DNA of 44,303 nucleotides. Source: an uncultured Novosphingobium sp. GTDB lineage: Bacteria > Pseudomonadota > Alphaproteobacteria > Sphingomonadales > Sphingomonadaceae. Location of the stretch: assembly GCA_964658585.1 (NCBI GenBank), contig CAZZZX010000001.1, forward strand, positions 1 through 44,303, written 5' to 3'. Below the pieces are notes generated by a model. The model searched no databases. It was not told the origin of the DNA and was given only the letters and a program-made list of their open reading frames with translations. Below are positions 27,185-37,703 of this stretch, one piece after another; position 1 is the first letter of the stretch, and each line of letters opens with the position of its first letter. Made by a program: the position numbers and the translations under genes.

Positions 27185-28270
27185 ATGACCACATCCGATC
27201 GCGCCGAACAGAATCTAATCCTCCGCTGTCCGGAGCCGCTCAATGCGGAAACGCCTCCGGATAAACTGATCACGTCCTTCCTGACGCCGCAGGCGAATTT
27301 CTACATCCGCAGTCACGGACCTACGCCGGAGCTGGCCGACGATCATCGTATAGCGCTGGACGGCTTGGTCGACCGCCCGCGCTCCTACACGGTCGCCGAA
27401 CTTCAAACGGCATTTGCGACCCGGACAGTGACCGCGACCATGCAGTGCGCCGGCAATCGTCGGGCACATCTTCAAGACGTGGAAAAGACTTCGGGCGATC
27501 CCTGGGACGTGGGCGCGATCGGCAATGCGGCTTGGACCGGCGTCGCACTGTGCGACGTACTCGCCGCGGCCGGCATCCAAGATGGCGCGTCGTTCGTCGG
27601 CACTACGGGGGCCGACGACGTGGATGTCGATGGTGAGACGGCGCCGTTCGGTGCCTCGATCTCGATCGCCAAGGCGCTAGAGCCGGACGTGCTCATCGCC
27701 TGGGGCATGAACGGCGAGGTGCTGGCCCCCGAACATGGCGCACCGCTGCGGCTCGTCGTGCCGGGCTATGCGGGCGTTCGTAGCGCCAAGTGGCTGACGC
27801 GCATCGAGGTGCGCGATCGCCCGTCCGATGCGCCGATCCAGGCCAAGGACTACAAGCTCTTTCCGGCGTCGGTAGCGAAGGAGGACGCGGATTGGGACCG
27901 GGGCCTGACGATCGAGGAGATGCCGCTCAACGCTGCGATCTGCGCCCCCGTGGACGGCGCGCATATCGGCGCCGGCGCATGCGAAATCGCGGGCTATGCG
28001 GTCGCCTTCGGCCGAGCGGTCTCGCGCGTCGAGGTCTCCGTCAATGACGGCACCGACTGGCTGCAGGCGGAACTGACCAGCCAACCGGATTCACCCTGGA
28101 GCTGGACGCAGTGGCACGTCACGGTCGATCTCTCGCCCGGGCTCCACGTCCTGGTCGTGCGCGCCGTCGACGGTGCCGGGCAGATGCAGCCCGAACGGCC
28201 CGAAGCGATCTGGAACTTCGCCGGCTATCTCTCGACGGCTTGGCATCGCATCACCGTCACCGCCGGCTGA
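27185..28270 (+). CDS. Sulfite oxidase-family molybdoenzyme (cytoplasmic, no signal peptide)
   Basis: NAETP, FYIRSHG, MQCAGNRR (Mo-ligating Cys), HGAPLRLVVPG..G.RSAKWL, C-terminal dimerisation domain with WN..GY. Confidence 0.9.
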   Translation: MTTSDRAEQNLILRCPEPLNAETPPDKLITSFLTPQANFYIRSHGPTPELADDHRIALDGLVDRPRSYTVAELQTAFATRTVTATMQCAGNRRAHLQDVEKTSGDPWDVGAIGNAAWTGVALCDVLAAAGIQDGASFVGTTGADDVDVDGETAPFGASISIAKALEPDVLIAWGMNGEVLAPEHGAPLRLVVPGYAGVRSAKWLTRIEVRDRPSDAPIQAKDYKLFPASVAKEDADWDRGLTIEEMPLNAAICAPVDGAHIGAGACEIAGYAVAFGRAVSRVEVSVNDGTDWLQAELTSQPDSPWSWTQWHVTVDLSPGLHVLVVRAVDGAGQMQPERPEAIWNFAGYLSTAWHRITVTAG

Positions 28271-28710
28271 TGGACGCGCCGCACGACGCCGATCGGGCCC
28301 ATGCGAAGCTGGCGGAGAGCGCGAGCACGCTGAAGGACAGCGCAGTCCAGCAGGTGGACAGCGCTGATCGTCGCACGGAGCTTGCCGCAGACCGCACAAT
28401 CCTCGCCGGTGAACGCACCTATGCCGCCTGGGTGCGTACCGGACTGGCGGCGCTCGCTTCCGGGATCGGCGCGCGCGCGCTGCTCAAGGACGTCGTGTTC
28501 CCGTGGCTGGCGACGGCGACCGGGACCATGCTGATCCTGTTCAGCGCCTTTTGCTTTGTCGCCGCGGTGTGGCGCGAGATGGGTGCCGGCGCCCCGCCGC
28601 CACGACCCGACATCAAGCGCCTGCCAGCGGCGTTGCTCCTGGTAATGAACGGGTTTCTTATGCTCGTGTCGCTGGCCGCGCTCGTCGGCATCTGGACGGC
28701 GCGCTCGTAG
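28270..28710 (+). CDS. DUF202/YidH-family membrane protein
   Basis: LAADRTILAGERTYAAWVRTGL followed by three TM helices; TGATG coupling to the oxidase. Confidence 0.85.
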   Translation: MDAPHDADRAHAKLAESASTLKDSAVQQVDSADRRTELAADRTILAGERTYAAWVRTGLAALASGIGARALLKDVVFPWLATATGTMLILFSAFCFVAAVWREMGAGAPPPRPDIKRLPAALLLVMNGFLMLVSLAALVGIWTARS

Positions 28711-28729
28711 CGCAGCAGCGCTAACCACG

Positions 28730-28850
28730 CTACGGGCCGATCAGACCCGGCAGCGCATCGGCGGCTTTCGTGCGGTATCGCCCCTTGTGACGCAGCCCGA
28801 AAACGACGCGCGGGTCGAAACCGATCGGTCCCGCATGTAGCGTACCCGGG
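28730..28850 (-). pseudogene. C-terminal remnant of a LysR paralogue
   Basis: GTLHAGPIGFDPRVVFGLRHKGRYRTKAADAL resembles the C-terminus of LysR 33415..34287 (GTLHDLPLGLPRRPFYALRHKERYRTRAADAL). Confidence 0.65.
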
Positions 28851-28959
28851 TCGGTCCATATAACGGGCTCAGATAGACCCTGGCGACTGACAGGTCCGAG
28901 CATTTGCCCGACCAACATGCCCATTGACGGTTGGGGCCAACGTCTCATAGATCGACCTC

Positions 28960-29021
28960 GGCAATGGATTTCTGCCGGGCAATTTGGCCGAACCGCTCTG
29001 ACATGAGCTGATGATTCCTAC
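28960..29021 (+). ncRNA. Fluoride riboswitch (crcB motif)
   Basis: GGCAATGGATTTCTGCC...AACCGCTC...GAGCTGATGATTCCTAC matches the GGCGATGG..GCC / AACCGC / GCTRATGAyyCCTAC consensus; directly upstream of a CLC-F gene. Confidence 0.9.
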
Positions 29022-29050
29022 TTGGCGCCGTCAGGCAGCAAGGAGGAATT

Positions 29051-30415
29051 GTGCGCGCTACCTTTCGCAATCTGGTCGACACGCTGAACGTTGCGGCATT
29101 CGTGCGCGATCGTCACGACCATGCGATCTCTGTCCTGCGCTGGGCGCTGATCCTGCTGCCCATGGCGGCACTCGTCGGGACGCTATGTGCGGCGTTCCTG
29201 TTGAGCCTCGATACCGTTACGCGACTGCGGTTCGCATCGCCCTGGCTGCTCTATCTGCTGCCGGTGGGCGGGTTCGTGGTCGGATTGCTCTACCATCTCA
29301 CCGGGCGCTCGGTGGAGGGCGGCAACAACCTGATCGTGGAGCAGATCCACGAGCCTGGTGGCGGGGTGCCTCTGCGGATGGCGCCGCTCATCTTCTTCGG
29401 CACAGTGGTGACGCATCTTTTCGGTGGCTCGGCCGGACGTGAGGGCACCGCCGTCCAATTGGGCGGAAGCCTTGCCAGCGGTTTCGGCCGCGCGCTCCGC
29501 CTCGATGCGGGCGGCACGCGCATCCTGTTGATGACGGGTATCGCAGCCGGGTTCGGCGCGGTCTTCGGCACGCCGATCGCAGGCGCGGTCTTCGCGCTCG
29601 AAGTGCTGGCGATCGGCCGCGTCGAATACTCCGCGCTAGTGCCTTGCCTCGTTGCGGCGCTGGTCGGAGATTGGACGTGCCTCGCCTGGGGTATCCATCA
29701 CGGTGTCTACCCGATCGGCGCGTCGATACCGGTCGATGCGCTGCTCGTGACGGAGGCAGGTGTTGCGGGGATCATATTCGGACTGGTTGGTCTGGCCTTC
29801 GCCGAAGCCAACCACCTGGTCGGGGGATGGCTCAAGCGGATTGTTCCCTATGGTCCGCTACGTCCAGTGATCGGCGGGGTCTTCGTTATCGCGCTCGTCT
29901 TCTTGTTCGGCACGCGCGACTATCTGGGCCTGGGTGTCCTGGCAGCGAGGCCCGACAGCCTTACCATCGCCAGCTTCTTCGGACCGGACACGCATCCGTG
30001 GAGTTGGGCGATCAAGCTCCTGTTTACCGTCGTTACGCTCGGCGCGGGTTTCAAAGGCGGTGAAGTCACGCCGTTGTTCTTCATCGGCGCAGCGCTCGGT
30101 AACGCGCTGGCGCCTTTCTTGGGCGTGCCGACGGGCCTGTTCGCCGCGATCGGCTTTGTCGCGGTCTTTGCCGGGGCCGCCAATACCCCGCTCGCCTGCA
30201 CCTTCATGGGAATCGAACTGTTCGGCGCCGGCTATGCGGTGCCGATCGCCGTCGCCTGTTTCGTGGCCTATCTCTGCTCGGGCCACAACGGCATCTACCT
30301 GTCGCAGCGCGTTGCGATACCCAAGGTGCCCGCGAACGGCCTTGCCCCCAATGCAACACTGCGCGAGACACGTACACGCTGCACAGCACTTCGCGCGCAG
30401 AACCGCGTGCCGTGA
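29051..30415 (+). CDS. eriC: CLC-F fluoride/H+ antiporter (EriC-F)
   Basis: CLC-F signature motifs GNNLI, GREGT and GEVTP; fluoride riboswitch upstream; SD AGGAGG. Confidence 0.92.
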   Translation: MRATFRNLVDTLNVAAFVRDRHDHAISVLRWALILLPMAALVGTLCAAFLLSLDTVTRLRFASPWLLYLLPVGGFVVGLLYHLTGRSVEGGNNLIVEQIHEPGGGVPLRMAPLIFFGTVVTHLFGGSAGREGTAVQLGGSLASGFGRALRLDAGGTRILLMTGIAAGFGAVFGTPIAGAVFALEVLAIGRVEYSALVPCLVAALVGDWTCLAWGIHHGVYPIGASIPVDALLVTEAGVAGIIFGLVGLAFAEANHLVGGWLKRIVPYGPLRPVIGGVFVIALVFLFGTRDYLGLGVLAARPDSLTIASFFGPDTHPWSWAIKLLFTVVTLGAGFKGGEVTPLFFIGAALGNALAPFLGVPTGLFAAIGFVAVFAGAANTPLACTFMGIELFGAGYAVPIAVACFVAYLCSGHNGIYLSQRVAIPKVPANGLAPNATLRETRTRCTALRAQNRVP

Positions 30416-30425
30416 GTTGATGGGC

Positions 30426-30902
30426 CTAGCCTGATCCCCCCGATACGTCGGGCGCAGCCTTCGGATCGGGGTCTTGCGCCTTGCCCTTCGCGGCGCCCGG
30501 CTGCTTTGCGCTCATGGCGGTCAGATAAGCAACGATCGCCGGCACGTCAGCCTGTGCAACGGGAGCCTTGTAGACCTCGCGCATCTTGGTGACCTCCGCG
30601 GTCCACTGATCGGAAGAGAGTGGCGGCTGGTTCAGCGCCATGCTCGCCGAATGACACGAGGTGCAGTTGGCGTTGATGACGTCGGCATGCGGGCCGGCGG
30701 GATATTGGCCTTCGTCGGTCGGGAAATCGACCGTAGTGGACACCAGCGAGAAGCCGCGCGCCGAGACGCTTGGCGGCGGTGGTGCGGTCGGGGCGGCAGG
30801 CGGCGGGGCGACGCGGCTGTTCGGGGCACCAATCGCGAGCAGAAGAACGACGGTCGCGCCGACGAACCCGAACGACAGCGTGCCGATGGAAGGCGTTTTC
30901 AT
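30426..30902 (-). CDS. sorB: Monoheme cytochrome c, sulfite dehydrogenase SorB-like
   Basis: N-terminal anchor/signal, CTSCH, QPPL...W.AEV.KM..VY.AP; follows sorA. Confidence 0.85.
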   Translation of the reverse strand: MKTPSIGTLSFGFVGATVVLLLAIGAPNSRVAPPPAAPTAPPPPSVSARGFSLVSTTVDFPTDEGQYPAGPHADVINANCTSCHSASMALNQPPLSSDQWTAEVTKMREVYKAPVAQADVPAIVAYLTAMSAKQPGAAKGKAQDPDPKAAPDVSGGSG

Positions 30903-30915
30903 GGGGGAGCGCTCC

Positions 30916-32160
30916 TCAGCCGACGACGATGTTGGTGGTTTCGATGTTGCCGCGCATGAACCCGCCCGGGTTCCAGATCGGCGTCATCGGCTGCGCGATG
31001 CCGGCGGTGTTCCAGCAGCGCGACATCAGTCTGGTCGGACCCGCATGCGTGAGCGGCACCTGCGCGTCCCAGCGGCGGAAACTGTATTTGCCGTGATCGG
31101 GGCCGAGCGTCGTCTTGTACCAGGTCTTGCCGTTGTCGGTCGACACATCGACCTTGGCGACGCCGCAGTCGCCCCCCATCGCAATGCCGCCCAGCGGGAT
31201 CGACCGGTCGAACGCGATCGCCTGCCCTTCGTCGAGGCTCGTGACCCAACTGCGCGGGATCATCTTGTTGATCGGGACGGCCGGGAAATCCTTCTGGCCA
31301 GGCCGCACGTTTGCGCCGGGCGTGTCAGGGACCTTGTACGCCTTGGCCATCCAGTAACTCTCGTCGGGTGCGGCGAGCACCTCGATGTCGTTCAGCATCT
31401 TGACCCAATATGTCGAATACCAGCCGGGTACGATCAGCCGGACCGGGAAGCCGTTGAGGAGCGGCATCTGCTCGCCGTTCATTCCGAACGCCAGCATCAC
31501 TTCGCCGTCGCGCGCATGGTCGATCGACAGCGACTTGGCGAAATCCGGTCCGCCCGCGACCACCGGCTGGTCGAGCGCACCGAACCGCACTGCAACCGCA
31601 CCCGGCTTCACGCCGGCGATGTCGAGCACGTCACGCAGGCGCACGCCGAGCCATTTGGCGTTGCCCATCGCCCCGTGACGCCACTGCGCACCGGCAACGG
31701 GCGGCTGGAACAGCGCACGCGAATTGCCCGAGCATTGGTTGATTGCCGCCAGTTCGACGCGCGGCAGCTTCAGCAGTTGCGCGAGCGAGATCGACAGCGG
31801 CCGCGTGACCGCGCCGTGCACCTTGATCCGGAACGCCTCGACATCGATCGCGGTCGGAATGTCAGCCCAGTGCCAGCGGACGAAGAACTGGTCGTTGGGG
31901 GTGAAGACGTCGCCATTGAACACGCTCATCGGCGTTTCCAGCAGCGGCGGATGGATCCGCTGGAGGATCATGTTGCCCTTGCCGGGGAACGCACTGGTCA
32001 TCGGCCGTTCCGACGGACCGCCCGGCAGGTGCAGATCGACCATGCTCTGCGCCAGCGCGGGTGCGGCGATCAGCGCGCCGCTGCCGATCGCAGCCTCTGC
32101 GAGAAAGCGACGGCGGTTCGTCGCCTGCGCCAGTTTCATATCCAGGCTGTCCACCAGCAT
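30916..32160 (-). CDS. sorA: Tat-exported sulfite dehydrogenase molybdoprotein SorA-like
   Basis: Twin-arginine NRRRFL, FFVRWH, QCSGNSR, NGFPVRLIVPGWYSTYWVK, WNPGG..RGNIE. Confidence 0.88.
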   Translation of the reverse strand: MLVDSLDMKLAQATNRRRFLAEAAIGSGALIAAPALAQSMVDLHLPGGPSERPMTSAFPGKGNMILQRIHPPLLETPMSVFNGDVFTPNDQFFVRWHWADIPTAIDVEAFRIKVHGAVTRPLSISLAQLLKLPRVELAAINQCSGNSRALFQPPVAGAQWRHGAMGNAKWLGVRLRDVLDIAGVKPGAVAVRFGALDQPVVAGGPDFAKSLSIDHARDGEVMLAFGMNGEQMPLLNGFPVRLIVPGWYSTYWVKMLNDIEVLAAPDESYWMAKAYKVPDTPGANVRPGQKDFPAVPINKMIPRSWVTSLDEGQAIAFDRSIPLGGIAMGGDCGVAKVDVSTDNGKTWYKTTLGPDHGKYSFRRWDAQVPLTHAGPTRLMSRCWNTAGIAQPMTPIWNPGGFMRGNIETTNIVVG

Positions 32161-32266
32161 TCTCCCGTTATCTCATGATCTGTATGCGCGATCCGTCCGA
32201 CGGTCTGCCCGGTACGGGTCGATCGGATGCGCCGGTTCGATCCGGCAGGACGATCAGTTCGGCCCA

Positions 32267-33418
32267 TCAATTGGCTTGGGCGATGCAGGGCGACACGAAC
32301 AGGTTTCCGCGCCAGCCGCCTGCGACCGTCTTGGCGCCGACCAGCAGCCACATCGCTGCGAGCGCGATGGTGAGGACGGTGCCGACGATCCCGAAAAAGC
32401 CGAGCTGGAGCGTCGTGCCGAGCTTGAAGGTGGCGACCGTGTAGACCCCGAGCGGAAAGGTGTAGCCCCACCACCCGAGGTTGAACGGAACGCCCGCGCG
32501 CCAGTAGCGGATCGTGATCAGCGTCGCGAGCGCCAGCCACCACAGGCCGAAGCCCCAGAGCAACAGCCCGGCGATCGTGCCGATTCCTTGCGCTACCGCG
32601 CCGATCTGGCCGAGGCCGTTGGCGGCGAGGATCGCGGGCGCGTCGCTGCCGAGCACCAGCATGCCGAGCGCGCCGGTGCCGATCGGGCCGAGCGCAAGCC
32701 AGCTCGAGGCGGCCATGCTCTCGTGCGGCAGTTTGTGGAGAGCCATCCGCAGGATCAGGATCGCGAGAATGCCGAACGCGACCGGCACCGAATAGGCCCA
32801 CAGGACATAGGAGGTCGCCAGCACCACGAACTGATGATGCGCGTTCGCCAGATGCGGTGCGAGCAGGCCTCCGCTCGCACCTGCGACCTCGGCCGCGACC
32901 ACCGGCAGCAGCCACACCGCGGTCATGCCGTCGAGCGAATGTTCGTGCCGGGTAAACATGAGGTAGGGGATCGCTACACCGCAGGCGAGCGACATCGCGA
33001 CGTCGATCCACCACAATGTCTCGGCGATCGGGATCACGCCCGCGCCGAACCGCGGCAGGCCGAACGCCAGGAACCCGTTGATGATCGTCGCGAGGCCCAT
33101 CGGGATCGTGCCGATGAACATCGACACGGTATTGTGCCCGAAGATTCGACGCGCCTCGTGCCCGAACATCGTCCAGCGCGCGGTGTAGAGCCCGGCGAAC
33201 AGCGTGAAGAGCGCGATGTTGAAATACCACAGCGCCTCGCCGACCGGGTGCAGCGATGCGCCGACGCCCGGCACCTGCGGCAAGGCCAGCGCGAGGATGC
33301 CCGTGCCCATCGTAGCGGCGAACCAGTTGGGGGTGAACTGGCGGATCATCTCGCGCGGAGAATCAAGCCGGCTGAGCGGCTTCAGACCATCGAGAACGGG
33401 TTTCAGATCGGCGGTCAC
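32267..33418 (-). CDS. TDT/SLAC1-family transporter (Ssu1/Mae1-like; sulfite or dicarboxylate export)
   Basis: FTPNWFAATMGTG, WLLPVV, LGPIG, WWGYTFPLG; about 10 TM helices. Confidence 0.9.
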   Translation of the reverse strand: MTADLKPVLDGLKPLSRLDSPREMIRQFTPNWFAATMGTGILALALPQVPGVGASLHPVGEALWYFNIALFTLFAGLYTARWTMFGHEARRIFGHNTVSMFIGTIPMGLATIINGFLAFGLPRFGAGVIPIAETLWWIDVAMSLACGVAIPYLMFTRHEHSLDGMTAVWLLPVVAAEVAGASGGLLAPHLANAHHQFVVLATSYVLWAYSVPVAFGILAILILRMALHKLPHESMAASSWLALGPIGTGALGMLVLGSDAPAILAANGLGQIGAVAQGIGTIAGLLLWGFGLWWLALATLITIRYWRAGVPFNLGWWGYTFPLGVYTVATFKLGTTLQLGFFGIVGTVLTIALAAMWLLVGAKTVAGGWRGNLFVSPCIAQAN

Positions 33419-34287
33419 TTCCCAGTCTCCTTGATCAGATCGGTCAGCGCATCGGCCGCCCGGGTACGATAGCGCTCCTTGTGCCGCAGCGCGTAGAACG
33501 GACGCCGCGGCAGACCGAGCGGTAGATCGTGCAACGTTCCGGCGGCGATTGCAGGTGCGACGACATGCTGCGACAGGACCGCGACGCCTGCGCCAGCCTC
33601 GACCGCGCTACGCACCGCCTCGTTCGACGGCAGGGTCAGCGCGGTGGTGAGGTCCGACGGATCGACGCCGCGCTGGCGCAACACCTCCTCGAACGACGAG
33701 CGCGTGCCCGATCCCTGCTCGCGGACGATCCAGCGCGCGGCGCGGATCCAGTCCTCGTCGATCGTGTCGGCAGCGCGGTTGCTAACCAGCACCATGCGGT
33801 CGTTCGCGACCGTCCAATGCGCGAGCGCGGGCTCGTCGATCACACCTTCGACGAAGCCGAGCTCGACTGCGCCGTCGAGCACGCGCGCCGCGGCCCCTTC
33901 GGTGTTGTCGATCGCCAGTTCGATCGTGATCGCGGGGTAGCGCACATGGAACGCCGCTAGCTGGCGGGGCAGCCAATAGCCCGCGATCGTCTGGCTTGCG
34001 ACCAGCCGCAGTGTGCCGCGCTCCAGCCCGGCATATTCGGCCAGTGCAAGTTCCGCGCTAGCCGCACGGCCAAGGACGGCGCGCGCGTCGACCAGAAACA
34101 TGCGGCCCGCTTCGGACAGTTCGATCCCGCGGCCGACCCGGTGGAATAGCGGCACGCCATGCCGGGCTTCCAGCGCGGCGATGGCAGCGCTTGCGGCTGA
34201 CTGCGTCACATTGAGCGCTTCGGCAGCGCGCGTCATGTGCTCGCGCTCAGCGACACCGACGAAAATCCTGAGTTGTTCCAGGGTCAT
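33415..34287 (-). CDS. LysR-type regulator (CysL/YeiE-like)
   Basis: MTLEQLRIF...TRAAEAL..TQSAAS HTH; ASQTI, GFVEG, REQGSGTR of the CysL/YeiE subfamily. Confidence 0.92.
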   Translation of the reverse strand: MTLEQLRIFVGVAEREHMTRAAEALNVTQSAASAAIAALEARHGVPLFHRVGRGIELSEAGRMFLVDARAVLGRAASAELALAEYAGLERGTLRLVASQTIAGYWLPRQLAAFHVRYPAITIELAIDNTEGAAARVLDGAVELGFVEGVIDEPALAHWTVANDRMVLVSNRAADTIDEDWIRAARWIVREQGSGTRSSFEEVLRQRGVDPSDLTTALTLPSNEAVRSAVEAGAGVAVLSQHVVAPAIAAGTLHDLPLGLPRRPFYALRHKERYRTRAADALTDLIKETGK

Positions 34288-34375
34288 GCCCGATCTCCTT
34301 GCCCCAATGATAGGGAAAGGAGATCAATCGCACCAACTAAAGATTACGGTCATTCCAATCAGATATACCGATCTT

Positions 34376-35359
34376 TTATTTCAGAATGTCGATAACCGCC
34401 TCACGTTCATCGACCAGTTCGGCAATCGTGCGATCGAGCATCGTTCGCTGGAATGGATCGAGGATCAGTCCTTCGATGCGCGCATACCCACCGCTTTTGC
34501 AGTGCACCGGCACGCCGCACACCAGCCCTTGCGGGATACCGTAGGAGCCGTCTGACACCACGCCCATCGACACCCAATTGTCGCCTGCGCCGTGCACCCA
34601 ATCGCGCAGATGGTCGATCGCCGCATTTGCTGCCGACGCGGCCGAGGACGCACCCCGTGCTTCGATGATCGCGGTTCCGCGCTGCGCAACGGTGGGGATC
34701 AGGGTCTCGCGGTACCAGGCCTCGTCTCCGATTCGGTCGGCGAGCTTTTGGCCATCGAGTTCGGCATTTCCCCAGTCGGCAAACATCGTCGGCGAATGGT
34801 TTCCCCAGACGACGAGCTTCGTAATCGCATCGACACCGACACCCGCTTTGGCCGCAAGCTGTCCCTGCGCACGATTGTGATCGAGGCGGATCATCGACGT
34901 GATGTTTTCGGCAGGAAAACCCGGCGCGCTTTGCGCAAGGATCCAGGCATTTGTGTTGGCGGGATTGCCGACGACCAGGATCTTGGCGTCGCGTTTGGCC
35001 ACTGCGTCCAATGCTGCGCCCTGCATCTTGAAGATCGCTGCGTTGGCAGCGAGCAAATCACGGCGCTCCATGCCCTTCGAGCGGGGACGAGACCCAACCA
35101 GCATGGCCGCATCGATGTCCTTGAAAGCCACCATCGGATCATCAGTAATGATCACATCTGCCAGCAGCGGGAACGCGCAATCCTCCAGTTCCATGACCAC
35201 GCCGCGTACGGCGTCCATCGCCTGCGGCACGTCGAGCAGTTGAAGGATAACGGGCTGGTCCGGTCCGAACACGTCACCCTGCGCGACCCGGAAGAGCAGC
35301 GAATAGCAAATTTGTCCTGCGGCACCGCTGATCGCGATCCTGACGGGGGGCTTGGTCAT
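34376..35359 (-). CDS. mdh: Malate dehydrogenase (dimeric cytosolic-like type)
   Basis: [48 protein letters not shown]; start ATG 35359. Confidence 0.93.
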   Translation of the reverse strand: MTKPPVRIAISGAAGQICYSLLFRVAQGDVFGPDQPVILQLLDVPQAMDAVRGVVMELEDCAFPLLADVIITDDPMVAFKDIDAAMLVGSRPRSKGMERRDLLAANAAIFKMQGAALDAVAKRDAKILVVGNPANTNAWILAQSAPGFPAENITSMIRLDHNRAQGQLAAKAGVGVDAITKLVVWGNHSPTMFADWGNAELDGQKLADRIGDEAWYRETLIPTVAQRGTAIIEARGASSAASAANAAIDHLRDWVHGAGDNWVSMGVVSDGSYGIPQGLVCGVPVHCKSGGYARIEGLILDPFQRTMLDRTIAELVDEREAVIDILK

Positions 35360-35405
35360 TTTGGAAAGGGCTTTCGTTGGAAGATTACAGACGGTGTGAG
35401 ACCGA

Positions 35406-36575
35406 TCAACGCGCCGCGAGGGCAAGCGCCGCATCGCGCCCGGAGGGCACCAGATTGGCGAGACCTTTTCCTGATCTTACGGCACCAGGAACGTAGATCA
35501 GGCTTTGCACATCCGTACTGATCGGGGTCGTAGACACGGTGGTGTACGTCAGCGTGTCGATCCCAGCGACCTTGTTGGTTCCGGCCAGGCTGGCATAGAT
35601 CCTCGTACCATCGCCCGACGGCCAAACCGCACTCGGAGCCGCTTGTAGCGGGATGGTTGCCACAGCCTCCAGGCTGTCGGTTCTATAGACCTTGATTGCA
35701 GGTTGATCGCCGCCAACGCTGACATAGGCAAAGGAATCGTCCGCGCGCTGGGCGAAGTTGACCGCGCCTGTTGCGGGACCGGTCTTTAGCACTTCGCGTA
35801 CCGCAAACGGTGGTTTGGCAGCAAAGACCGTGGTCGTGCCGCTCTCGTGGCGTGTCGCCCAGATCTGTTTGCCATCTGGCGAGACCGCGATTGCTCCCGC
35901 ACCTGCACCGTTGCTGGCAACGTATCCGACGACGCGCCGATGCTCGACGTCGACAACCAGGATGGACGGCCTTTCAGTAAGCGATACAAAGGCATAGCGT
36001 CCGTTTGGCGACAGGATGGTCGCGCCCGCTCCGCCACTTGCTGGTACGCGGGTGATCTCCCGCGCGGTCTTAGGATCCACGACCGCGATGGCATGTTCAT
36101 CGCCGAGCGAAACCCAGAGTTCGTGCCCATTGGGCGTAAACGCGACGGCGGTAGGCGGCGTCTGGAACACGGTCCGGCCTCGTTCCGTGTTCGTGGCCAG
36201 ATCTACGAGCGTCACACTGTGCTGCGCTAATGCCGATACCGCCAGGGTCCGCCCGTCACGCGTTGCAGCCAGATGCTGGACTTTGGGGCTGGAAAAGCTG
36301 GGCTCAGCTATCGCGCTTTTGGCGAGGTCTATGCGTCCCAGTTCGTTGCCCGCTGCAGGATCGATGACAACGATCTTCGTCGATGTCGGGTCAGACACAT
36401 AGATCCGGTCATGATGGCTGAGGTCGATATCAGCCTTCGACCACGGTGCCTGAACCGCCTTGATATCGTAGGGAAAGTCGTCCGCCGCAGGTGCAGCCCA
36501 ATAGGCCTGAGCGATCGCCGGGACTGGCGCTACGGAGGCCAACATCGCGGCAACCAGAACGATCGTGGCTTTCAT
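35406..36575 (-). CDS. Exported YncE/YVTN beta-propeller protein (paralogue 1)
   Basis: Signal peptide, seven approximately 42-aa blade repeats (..SPDGK.IW, WPSGDG.RIY). Confidence 0.85.
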   Translation of the reverse strand: MKATIVLVAAMLASVAPVPAIAQAYWAAPAADDFPYDIKAVQAPWSKADIDLSHHDRIYVSDPTSTKIVVIDPAAGNELGRIDLAKSAIAEPSFSSPKVQHLAATRDGRTLAVSALAQHSVTLVDLATNTERGRTVFQTPPTAVAFTPNGHELWVSLGDEHAIAVVDPKTAREITRVPASGGAGATILSPNGRYAFVSLTERPSILVVDVEHRRVVGYVASNGAGAGAIAVSPDGKQIWATRHESGTTTVFAAKPPFAVREVLKTGPATGAVNFAQRADDSFAYVSVGGDQPAIKVYRTDSLEAVATIPLQAAPSAVWPSGDGTRIYASLAGTNKVAGIDTLTYTTVSTTPISTDVQSLIYVPGAVRSGKGLANLVPSGRDAALALAAR

Positions 36576-36819
36576 CGTTTGATCCTTATCGCGGATCCGG
36601 CGGGTGATCGTGCCAGTCCGATGCCGCTAGATCGACCGATATGTCCCCTGCGTCCAACGCATGGTCGCGATGGTTTCAATACGAAAACGCGATCATAGAT
36701 TGTCTACCGTTCTTGTTAGATGATCGGAATGACCGTGGTTATGCGTTGGACCGACCGCCCCGCCGCAATCATCTATCCTGTCACGCTCGGCATTCATCGA
36801 GACGCGCGGAGACTTCCTC

Positions 36820-37299
36820 ATGGCAACACAGCCGATCTACGATCTCGCTACCGAGACACTCGTTGCTCCTACGCCTGTGCGTCGACATCTCGCAATCGTG
36901 CCGGATGCAGGCAATTATGACGACCTGGAAAGAACCGCTCCAGGCATCGCATCGCGCGGCGTCCATCCTGCCACGTTGGGCTTGCTCGTCGGCGTGTATG
37001 CAGTAATGTTGCTGACTTTCTGGACCTTCTTCGCACGTGATGCAGCTACGGCGCTCGTCCTGACGGTCGTGTCGGTCTTCATGATCCTGTATTTCGGTCT
37101 GATTGCTGGCGGCATCGTACTCAGCGATACTCCCGCCCCCGGCGAACATCTCCGCTCGTTCCCGGAGTTCATCAAGGGCCCGGTCGATATTCTGACGGGC
37201 ACGATCACAGGGCGCGAAGCGGCTATACAGATGCTCTTTCTCCCGGCCTGCATGGCCGTGCTAGCAACGATCATCGGCATCATCGCTCGCGTGTCGTAA
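36820..37299 (+). CDS. Hypothetical membrane protein (3 TM)
   Basis: SD GGAG, hydrophobic segments, GC-typical codon usage. Confidence 0.7.
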   Translation: MATQPIYDLATETLVAPTPVRRHLAIVPDAGNYDDLERTAPGIASRGVHPATLGLLVGVYAVMLLTFWTFFARDAATALVLTVVSVFMILYFGLIAGGIVLSDTPAPGEHLRSFPEFIKGPVDILTGTITGREAAIQMLFLPACMAVLATIIGIIARVS

Positions 37300-37322
37300 A
37301 CAGGAAAACTAGGGACAGGACG

Positions 37323-37703
37323 ATGAGATCACGCATGACCTTGCTGATGGCGATAGGCTTGTCCGTATCGACCGCTGCTATAGCGCAAACGGACGGCTTC
37401 GCGTCCGCGATGGATGCGGCGATGACGCGGATGCACGGCGCGATGATGACCGGCTATTCAAACGATCCCGATCGCGACTTCGCAAGGATGATGATCCCGC
37501 ATCATCAAGGCGCGATCGACATGGCCGAAATCGAACTGCGCTATGGCAAAGACGAACGCCTGCGCCGGCTTGCGCAGGGAATCATCGTCGAACAGCGTCA
37601 GGAAATCGCGGTGATGCAGGGCATCCTATCCGAAGGCGGCGCGTTGCCACGTCACACCGAACCGACCGCGACCGGTCACCCCCATCACGGAGACCGTCCA
37701 TGA
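37323..37703 (+). CDS. DUF305 / CopM-like Met/His-rich metallochaperone
   Basis: Signal peptide, Met-rich helix, DRDFARMMIPHHQGAIDMA, LAQGII.EQ.QEI..M. Confidence 0.9.
   Translation: MRSRMTLLMAIGLSVSTAAIAQTDGFASAMDAAMTRMHGAMMTGYSNDPDRDFARMMIPHHQGAIDMAEIELRYGKDERLRRLAQGIIVEQRQEIAVMQGILSEGGALPRHTEPTATGHPHHGDRP

Noticed and set aside
26842-27273. 143-aa ORF sharing LAYIWVRSMYRP with ORF 42697..42972
   Set aside because: The shared peptide is just the translated transposon IR, not a protein family
30661-33472. 505-aa and 582-aa plus-strand ORFs
   Set aside because: Antisense shadows of sorB/sorA and the TDT transporter
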